Source of the DNA: Verrucomicrobiia bacterium
GTDB taxonomy: Bacteria; Verrucomicrobiota; Verrucomicrobiia; Limisphaerales; UBA1319
Reading direction: 5' to 3'
Assembly: GCA_963664225.1 (NCBI GenBank)
Contig: OY760937.1
Location: 2,784,001 to 2,848,000 of the forward strand
DNA length: 64,000 bases
Shown: piece after piece, positions 57,011 to 64,000 of the stretch
Numbering within the stretch: the first letter of the stretch is position 1
How the letters are laid out: every line of letters begins with the position of its first letter
The notes under the pieces: generated by a model
Seen by the model: only the letters and a program-made list of their open reading frames with translations
What the model was told of the DNA's origin: nothing
Database searches by the model: none
Position numbers and translations under genes: made by a program

Positions 57011-59299
57011 TCACAGTCTCATTTTTCGCAGCCGCAAGGCGTTGCTGATCACAGAGACGGAACTCAAGCTCATCGCAGCGCCGGCGATGATCGGGCTGAG
57101 CAGCCAACCGAAGAACGGGTAAAGCACACCCGCCGCCACCGGAATCCCCAGCGCATTGTAGAGAAAGGCGAAGACGAGATTCTGCCGGATGTTGCTCATC
57201 GTGGCGCGACTGAGGCGGATGGCTTGGGCAATGCCACGGAGGTCACCTTTCACGAGGGTGATGCCGGCACTTTGCATCGCCACGTCGGTGCCGGTGCCCA
57301 TCGCGATGCCGACTTCTGCTTCGCTTAGCGCGGGCGCGTCGTTGATGCCGTCGCCGGCCATTACAACGTGTTTGCCTTCCTCGCGCAACTTCTTGATGTG
57401 GGCGACTTTTCCGGCGGGTTCGACCTCCGCTTCCACCGCATCCAGGCCGAGTTGCTTCGCCACTGCGTCAGCCGTACGACGGTTGTCGCCGGTGAGCATG
57501 ACGAGTTTCAAACCGAGCGTGTGAAGTTCTTTGATGGCTTCCGCAGAGGTGGATTTTATCGGGTCAGCCACAGCGAGAATGCCAGCAGGCTTTCCATCCA
57601 CGGCGACGAACATCGCGGTCTTGCCTTCTTCCTGAAGTTTTACCGCCGAGGCTGCGAGCGGCTCCAAGCCAATGATCTTTTCGTTTCGCAGGAAGTCGGG
57701 TTTTCCAACCATCACATGCCGACCAGCGACATTTCCCACGACACCGCCCGCTGTCACAGAACGAAAGTCTTTCACGTCAGCGAGCAGGAGGCTCTCCTCT
57801 TTGGCAGCCTGCACAATCGCAGCGGCGAGCGGGTGTTCGCTGTTCTGCTCCAATGAGGCGGCGAGACGCAGAAATTCCTTCGCGTCGAAACCGTCGGCGG
57901 GCAGCACATCCACGAGCTTGGGTTTGCCCTCGGTGAGCGTGCCCGTCTTGTCCACGACGAGCGTGGTGACTTTTTCCAAGCGTTCGAGCGCCTCGGCGTT
58001 CTTCACGAGCACGCCTGCCTGTGCGCCGCGTCCGACGCCGACCATGATGGACATGGGCGTAGCCAGACCGAGGGCGCACGGGCAGGCAATGATGAGCACC
58101 GCGACGGCGTTGACGATGGCGTGCGCGAGTTTTGGCTCCGGACCCAGCGACATCCAGACAACGAAGGTAACCACCGAAACCGCCAGCACCACCGGGACGA
58201 AAATGGCCGCGACCTTGTCGGCGAGACCCTGAATGGGCGCGCGGCTGCGCTGGGCTTCGGCCACCATCTTCACGATCTGCCCGAGCAATGTGTCGTTGCC
58301 GACCCGTTCGGCCCGCATGACGAAACTGCCCGTGCCGTTGACGGTGCCGGCCGTGACTTTATCGCCGATAGTTTTTTCCACCGGGAGCGGTTCGCCGGTG
58401 ATCATGGATTCTTCCACGCTGGAGTGACCTTCAACCAATGCGCCATCCACGGGTACCTTGTCACCGGGCACCACGCGTAACCAATCACCGACTTTCACCT
58501 GGTCGAGCGGGACTTCATGATCGCCACCGTCGGCGACTTGTCGCGCGGTGGGTGGAGCGAGGTTGAGCAACGCTTTGATGGCGCTGCCCGTGCGGCTGCG
58601 GGCGCGGAGTTCGAGCACTTGGCCAAGAAGGACCAGAACCGTGACCATCGCGGCGGCCTCAAAATAAATGCCGACCTTACCCTCATGCTGCATCGTGGTT
58701 GGGAACAGGCCGGGCGCCAGTATCGCTACCGCACTGAAGACGAATGCCGCACCCACGCCGATAGCAATCAGCGTGAACATGTTCAGGTGAAGCGTCATGA
58801 TGGAGCGCCAGCCGCGCTGGAAGAACGGCCAGCCCGCCCAGTAAACTACGGGCGTGGTCAGCGCAAATTGTAGCCAACGTGAAGCATCGCTCATCACCCA
58901 GGCATCGCGACCAATCGCGGGGATCAGGTGTGCCATCGCAAGGACGAATACCGGCAACGTCAGTGCGGCACCGATCCAGAAGCGCCGCGTCATGTCGCGC
59001 AGTTCGGTGTTCTCACCTTCTCCTGGGCTCGCAGTCCCCGTCTTTGGTTCGAGGGCCATGCCGCACATGGGGCAATCGCCGGGATGATCCTGCTCGATCT
59101 CCGGGTGCATCGGACAGGTGTAAATGGTTTTGCCCTGCAGCTTCTCCTCCTTCTTCTCTTCGTATTTTGTGGTGGCGGGCGTTGACAGAAACGTTTTCTG
59201 GCAGTGCTCGCTGCAAAAGTAAAACGTCTTTCCGCCGCGTTCAGCGTGGAGCGACGTCGCTTCGTCCACCGTCATTCCGCAAATGGGATCAATGGCCAT
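57011..59299 (-). CDS. copA: Cu(I)/Ag(I) P1B-1 ATPase with YHS and heavy-metal-binding N-terminal domains
   Basis: DPICGM...FCSEHC, YTCPMHP..CPMCGM, ACPCALG, DKTGT, YNALGIP, AMSLSS. Confidence 0.9.
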   Translation of the reverse strand: MAIDPICGMTVDEATSLHAERGGKTFYFCSEHCQKTFLSTPATTKYEEKKEEKLQGKTIYTCPMHPEIEQDHPGDCPMCGMALEPKTGTASPGEGENTELRDMTRRFWIGAALTLPVFVLAMAHLIPAIGRDAWVMSDASRWLQFALTTPVVYWAGWPFFQRGWRSIMTLHLNMFTLIAIGVGAAFVFSAVAILAPGLFPTTMQHEGKVGIYFEAAAMVTVLVLLGQVLELRARSRTGSAIKALLNLAPPTARQVADGGDHEVPLDQVKVGDWLRVVPGDKVPVDGALVEGHSSVEESMITGEPLPVEKTIGDKVTAGTVNGTGSFVMRAERVGNDTLLGQIVKMVAEAQRSRAPIQGLADKVAAIFVPVVLAVSVVTFVVWMSLGPEPKLAHAIVNAVAVLIIACPCALGLATPMSIMVGVGRGAQAGVLVKNAEALERLEKVTTLVVDKTGTLTEGKPKLVDVLPADGFDAKEFLRLAASLEQNSEHPLAAAIVQAAKEESLLLADVKDFRSVTAGGVVGNVAGRHVMVGKPDFLRNEKIIGLEPLAASAVKLQEEGKTAMFVAVDGKPAGILAVADPIKSTSAEAIKELHTLGLKLVMLTGDNRRTADAVAKQLGLDAVEAEVEPAGKVAHIKKLREEGKHVVMAGDGINDAPALSEAEVGIAMGTGTDVAMQSAGITLVKGDLRGIAQAIRLSRATMSNIRQNLVFAFLYNALGIPVAAGVLYPFFGWLLSPIIAGAAMSLSSVSVISNALRLRKMRL

Positions 59300-59343
59300 A
59301 TTGGTTCCGGTCGGGATTCTACCTTACCAACAACATGCGCATT

Positions 59344-59535
59344 TTATCCACAGCAGCATCCAGACTTGCCCTCCGGCTTGGCACCGGCGGGCGTGGACAG
59401 GAACTTTTGCCGGCATTGGTCGCTGCAAAAGTAGTACGTTTTTCCATCGCGTTCGGCGTGGAGAGCGGTGGTTTCGTCAACGGGCATGCCGCAGATGGGG
59501 TCTCTGGTCACGGTTTTCGATTCATTCATGGTCAT
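59344..59535 (-). CDS. YHS-domain metal-binding protein
   Basis: RDPICGMPVD...YYFCSDQCRQKF, ends GCCCG. Confidence 0.85.
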   Translation of the reverse strand: MTMNESKTVTRDPICGMPVDETTALHAERDGKTYYFCSDQCRQKFLSTPAGAKPEGKSGCCCG

Positions 59536-61781
59536 GTTTCTTTCTTGGTTGTTGCTACTGGTGGCACTGGCTTTTGATCCGGTGTTTTACGTTGTGCCGA
59601 ATTATTTGGAACGTTTTCTTCCCGTTTTTCAGTACTCTGACCTTTTTTAAGTCTCAGCAATCGCGCGTTGATAGCCACAATCACCGTGCTCGCGGCCATC
59701 AGCACCGCACCCAGCGCGGGAGTGAGCAATACTCCCCACGCATAAAGCACTCCGGCGGCCAGCGGAATGGCGACGACATTGTAGCCCGTGGCCCAGACAA
59801 GATTCTGAATCATCTTCCGATACGTGGCGCGAGAAAGCTGCACGATGGCTACGACATCCAGCGGATTACTCCTTACCAGAATGACGTCAGCGGTTTCCAC
59901 CGCCACATCGGAACCGGCTCCAATCGCGATGCCCACATCAGCCTGAGCCAGCGCCGGGGCGTCGTTCACGCCGTCGCCAGTCATGGCAACCCGCTTGCCC
60001 CGTGACTGGACCTCTTTCACTTTGGCGGCTTTGTCCTGGGGCAGGACTTCGGCGAAGTATTCATCCAGCCCGACCTCGTCCGAAACCCATTTGGCCGTCG
60101 CTTTGTTATCGCCGGTGAGCATCATGCACTGGATGTCCAACGCCTTGAGCGCAGCGATGGCTTGCTTCGCCTCAGGTCGCACAATGTCGGCCAAGGCAAT
60201 CGCTCCTTTCAATTTTCCGTCAACAAGGACAAATACGACCGTCTTGCCTTGGGCTTGCAGTGGCTCGACGCGTTTGTCGGTGAGTACAATGTTTTGTTCG
60301 TGCAGGTAGCCGGGACTAACCACCTTGATGTCTTTGCCCTCGACCCGGCCTCCAGCTCCTTTGCCCGGAATGCCTTTGAAGTTTTCGACGGGCAGCCTCT
60401 TTTCCGAAGCAGCGGCGATGGCCTTGGCAATGGGATGTTCGGAATTCGCGTCCACGGAAGCCGCGTAAGTGCGCAACGTTTCTTCATTGATGTCCTGCGA
60501 AAGCACCAGTGTGTCGGTCACGCCAAAGCGACCTTCGGTCAGTGTGCCGGTCTTGTCGAAAATGATGGCTTGGAGTTTTCGTGCGCCCTCGAAAGCAACG
60601 CGATTCCGAATGAGTAATCCGTTTTTCGCGGCCAGAGCCGTGGAGACCGCCACCACCAACGGCACGGCGAGACCTAAGGCATGTGGGCAGGCGATGACCA
60701 TCACAGTCACGGCGCGTTCGATGGCAAATGCGAAATCCTTGCCCATAAAGGCCAGCCAAACAACGAGGGTGATCACGCCTCCTCCCAGCGCCACAATAGT
60801 GAGCCACAGCGCCGCCGTGTTGGCGAGGTCCTGGGTTTTCGATTTGCTTTCCTGAGCCTGTTTGACGAGGCCGATGACTTGGGACAGAAACGAATCCTTG
60901 CCCGTACCCTTGACCTCGATGGTCAACGAACCTTCCCCGTTGATGGCTCCGCCGATGACTTTTCCGCCAACTTGTTTTGGTGCCGGAGTTGATTCCCCGG
61001 TGAGCATCGCTTCATTGACTGAACTCTCGCCCGCAACAATGACCCCGTCTGCAGGAATCTTCTCGCCGGGCTTGATCAGGACTTTGTCATTGACCGCCAG
61101 TTCGCCGAGTGGCACGTCCTTCATACTGCCGTCGGGCATGAGTTTATGCGCGTCGGAAGGCATGAGTTTAGCCAGTTCCTCCAAAGCGCGCGAAGCGCCC
61201 ATCACTGACTTCATTTCAATCCAATGACCGAGCAACATGATGTCAATGAGGGAGGCCAGCTCCCAAAAGAACATCTTGCCAGTCAAACCGAATACAACGG
61301 CACTGCTGTAAATATATGCCGTCGCGACGGCGACGGAGATGAGAGTCATCATCCCGGGTCGGAGCGATTTGAGTTCCTCGATAAACCCTTTAAGAAAAGG
61401 CCAGCCGCCATACCAAAAGACTGCGGAAGAAAGGCCGAACAACAGGTAGAGATCGCCGGGAAAATGGATGACTTCCCGCAGTCCCACCAGCTTTTGGAGC
61501 ATAGGCGAGAGGCCGAGAATCGGCAGGGTTAGTACCAGTGAGACCCAGAAGCGCTTCCGGAAATCCGCCGCCATTTGGGCATGATGGTCGTGATGGTCGC
61601 GTTGATCCGGATGGTCGGGGCCGCCGTGCGACGTTTTGCCTTCGGCCTGCAACCAGTTCTGCTCGGCATGTCCCTGCGGACGGCCTTCTTTCTCATAGAT
61701 GGCATATGCCTTCTTGGCCAACTCGTCATGCGTCGACTTGGTTTCGGGTTTATCTTTGGTTGCATGGTCGTATTCTTTCAT
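59532..61781 (-). CDS. copB: CopB-type (P1B-3) copper P-type ATPase with His-rich N-terminus
   Basis: ACPHALG, DKTGT, GYNVVAIP, MAASTV; N-terminal AYAIYEKEGRPQG..EQNWLQAE. Confidence 0.88.
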   Translation of the reverse strand: MKEYDHATKDKPETKSTHDELAKKAYAIYEKEGRPQGHAEQNWLQAEGKTSHGGPDHPDQRDHHDHHAQMAADFRKRFWVSLVLTLPILGLSPMLQKLVGLREVIHFPGDLYLLFGLSSAVFWYGGWPFLKGFIEELKSLRPGMMTLISVAVATAYIYSSAVVFGLTGKMFFWELASLIDIMLLGHWIEMKSVMGASRALEELAKLMPSDAHKLMPDGSMKDVPLGELAVNDKVLIKPGEKIPADGVIVAGESSVNEAMLTGESTPAPKQVGGKVIGGAINGEGSLTIEVKGTGKDSFLSQVIGLVKQAQESKSKTQDLANTAALWLTIVALGGGVITLVVWLAFMGKDFAFAIERAVTVMVIACPHALGLAVPLVVAVSTALAAKNGLLIRNRVAFEGARKLQAIIFDKTGTLTEGRFGVTDTLVLSQDINEETLRTYAASVDANSEHPIAKAIAAASEKRLPVENFKGIPGKGAGGRVEGKDIKVVSPGYLHEQNIVLTDKRVEPLQAQGKTVVFVLVDGKLKGAIALADIVRPEAKQAIAALKALDIQCMMLTGDNKATAKWVSDEVGLDEYFAEVLPQDKAAKVKEVQSRGKRVAMTGDGVNDAPALAQADVGIAIGAGSDVAVETADVILVRSNPLDVVAIVQLSRATYRKMIQNLVWATGYNVVAIPLAAGVLYAWGVLLTPALGAVLMAASTVIVAINARLLRLKKGQSTEKREENVPNNSAQRKTPDQKPVPPVATTKKET

Positions 61782-61800
61782 AGGAAATCTCCGCTTGTTT

Positions 61801-63999
61801 TTAGGGAATCACACTTGTCGTAAAACTCGCCGCGTTTTTCCCTCGCTGGTTTTCGTAACCGATGCTGGCGTGCCATTCGCCCTGGCCGGTGGGCCGAATG
61901 GTGCCATTGAAGACTCCGGGGCTTTGGTCCTTCTCCAATTGTGCGGTGGCTTGCATCTGCATTCCGGGCATGTCCATGCGCAACTCGAACCAGACCGAGC
62001 CGGCATCCACCGGCTTACCGGTGGCGTCGGTGACTTCGATGCGAATCGCGTTGTCGCCCATGCGAAGGAGCGTGCCTTCGCCAAGGACTTTGATCTTATA
62101 GGGGCCGACGATCTGGGTGGTTACCACGACAGTGGGTTTGGACGGACCACTCAAGCTGTGCCACAACCACCATCCGCCGCCACCCAGCACCAGTGCTCCC
62201 ATGACCATTGAGGCGATCAACAGCTTGCGCACGGGTTTCGCCGCCGTGGGCGATGCTTCGACGCGTCGGCTCCGCCAGAGGAAATAGATCACCGGGATAA
62301 TGATCAGGGTCAGGATCGTGGAACTTACCATTCCACCGATCATGGGGGCGGCGATGCGCTTCATGGCGAGCGAACCAGCACCGTGACTCCACATGATCGG
62401 CAACAGGCCCGCGATGATCGCGCACACGGTCATCATTTTCGGACGGACGCGTTGGACGGCGCCTTCCATGACGGCGTGGTAAAGGCCATCGAGTGTGGGT
62501 TTGGCCGTATTTTGTTTGAGATGCTCCCATGCCTCGTCGAGATAAACGATCATCACCACACCGGTTTCGGCTGCTACCCCGGCCAGGGCGATGAAACCGA
62601 CGGCCACTGCCACACTGAAATTGTAGCCGAGCGCCCACACCAGCCAGATGCCGCCGACCAGAGCGAACGGGATACTCAAGAGCACGATCAGGGCTTCGAT
62701 GACGTTTTTGAAATTCAGATACAGCAAAACGAAGATGATGAGCAGCGTCAGCGGTATGACGAGCGTCAGCGTTTCGCGCGCCTTGAGCATGTATTGGTAT
62801 TGCCCACCCCAGGAGAGGAAGTAGCCGGGCGGCAGCTTTACGTTGTCGGCAACCAATTTCCTGGCGCGGTTCACATAGGTGCCGAGGTCAACCCCCTTGG
62901 TGTCCACGAAAACGAAACCGCCCAACATGCCGTTCTCATCGCGGATGGCGGGTGGGCCGGTGCGCAAGCGGATGTCCGCCAATTGTTCCATCGGCACCTG
63001 CGCTCCCGTCGGAGTCGGCACGAGCACGCGTCGCAAGGCCGGCAAATCTTCACGCAGATCGCGGGCGTAACGAACGTTGATCGGATAACGTTCGCGGCCT
63101 TCGACGGTCCAGGAAATGGTCTTCCCGCCAATGGCTGACTCGATGATGGTTTCCACATCGCCGACGGTCAGTCCGTAGCGCGCGATCGCGTCGCGGTTGA
63201 TGTTGAAGTCCACGTAGTAGCCGCCGGTGACGCGTTCGGCGAAGGCCGTGGCGGTGTTGGGGTCTTTCTTCAAGACGCCTTCGATCTGTTCCGCCACTTG
63301 CTGAATCACGCCCAGGTCCGGCCCCAGCACTTTGATGCCGATCTGACTGCGAATGCCGGTGGCCATCATCTCGATGCGGGTCTGAATGGGCATCCACCAG
63401 ATGGCCGGAGCGCCTGGCGTCCGCACCAGTTTGTCGAGTTCGTCCTTGATCTTGTCGAAGGTCATCCCGGCACGCCATTGCTCCTCCGGCTTGAAAGTAA
63501 TCACCGTTTCGGTCATGGACAAAGGCGCCGGATCGGTGGCGGACCGCGCGCGGCCAATCTTGCCATAGACATGCTCGACCTCCGGGTAGCTGGCGATCAA
63601 CGCGTCCTGCCGCTGCAACATTGCCTTGGCCTCGGTGATGGAAATGCCCGGGACACTTGTGGGCATGAACAGCAGTGTGCCTTCGTTGAGCGGAGGCATG
63701 AATTCGGAGCCGATTCGCTGCAACGGAATCCAGGTGATGCCCAGAACAGCCAGCGCCAGCAGGAGCGTCAGCCACTTGAAATGCAGCGCGAAGGTGACGA
63801 ACGGCCGGTAAGCCCATGTGAGAAAGCGGCTGATGGGATTCCGGCCTTCGGCAGTGATTTTGCCCCGGATGAACCATACCATCAGGATGGGTACGATGGA
63901 CACGGACAGCAGCGAAGCGAAGAACATGGAGAAGGTTTTCGTGTAGGCCAGCGGTTTGAACAGCCGACCCGACTGCGCCTCCAACGCGAATACCGGCAC
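61801..63999 (-). CDS. cusA: CusA-type Cu/Ag RND transporter (5' end outside window) with extra C-terminal domain
   Basis: LFKPLAYTKTF, EFMPPLNEG, ATDPAPLSMTET, MPIQTRIEMMATG, RVRPKMMT. Confidence 0.92.
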   Translation of the reverse strand: MPVFALEAQSGRLFKPLAYTKTFSMFFASLLSVSIVPILMVWFIRGKITAEGRNPISRFLTWAYRPFVTFALHFKWLTLLLALAVLGITWIPLQRIGSEFMPPLNEGTLLFMPTSVPGISITEAKAMLQRQDALIASYPEVEHVYGKIGRARSATDPAPLSMTETVITFKPEEQWRAGMTFDKIKDELDKLVRTPGAPAIWWMPIQTRIEMMATGIRSQIGIKVLGPDLGVIQQVAEQIEGVLKKDPNTATAFAERVTGGYYVDFNINRDAIARYGLTVGDVETIIESAIGGKTISWTVEGRERYPINVRYARDLREDLPALRRVLVPTPTGAQVPMEQLADIRLRTGPPAIRDENGMLGGFVFVDTKGVDLGTYVNRARKLVADNVKLPPGYFLSWGGQYQYMLKARETLTLVIPLTLLIIFVLLYLNFKNVIEALIVLLSIPFALVGGIWLVWALGYNFSVAVAVGFIALAGVAAETGVVMIVYLDEAWEHLKQNTAKPTLDGLYHAVMEGAVQRVRPKMMTVCAIIAGLLPIMWSHGAGSLAMKRIAAPMIGGMVSSTILTLIIIPVIYFLWRSRRVEASPTAAKPVRKLLIASMVMGALVLGGGGWWLWHSLSGPSKPTVVVTTQIVGPYKIKVLGEGTLLRMGDNAIRIEVTDATGKPVDAGSVWFELRMDMPGMQMQATAQLEKDQSPGVFNGTIRPTGQGEWHASIGYENQRGKNAASFTTSVIP

Positions 64000-64000
64000 G

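Noticed and set aside
56384..57328. Full-length ORFs 56384-57007 (-) and 56624-57328 (+)
   Set aside because: Chimeric read-throughs across the abiEii/xfp junction

Overview
This window is part of a plasmid- or ICE-like mobile element, probably from a Verrucomicrobiota-type host (inferred from attC style and protein C-termini). It carries a very large heavy-metal resistance cargo. Backbone, 1-15.8 kb: the C-terminal part of a MobF/TrwC relaxase-helicase, ardC, radC, parB/parA with a parS-like palindrome, and a Rep-like protein whose gene contains four iteron-like repeats beside an AT-rich tract. Next come a CopG-like regulator, a ~1 kb ORF-poor, densely base-paired region (candidate large ncRNA) followed by a basic hypothetical protein, a three-recombinase RIT element (with a symE-like passenger) inserted in a second radC, and an IS630 remnant. 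Cargo, 16-49 kb: secreted Cys/His/Met-rich proteins, a porin, and three CzcCBA-type RND operons. These include an RcnA-like transporter, a P1B-2 ATPase and a PII-like protein. Each operon starts with a paralogous ~130-aa leader (signal/TM, Cys cluster, C-terminal WQFSxRxALxxRAPSxxS). The leaders share a TTGAACA promoter-like motif and a covarying hairpin just after the stop, which suggests a metal-sensing ribosome-arrest attenuator. 49-50 kb holds two integron-type attC cassettes without an integrase. 50-57 kb has further backbone genes (DUF932, Dam-like methyltransferase, broken AbiE). 57-64 kb is a copper operon (cusA, copB-type and copA-type ATPases, YHS protein). All family calls come from motif recognition, not database searches.
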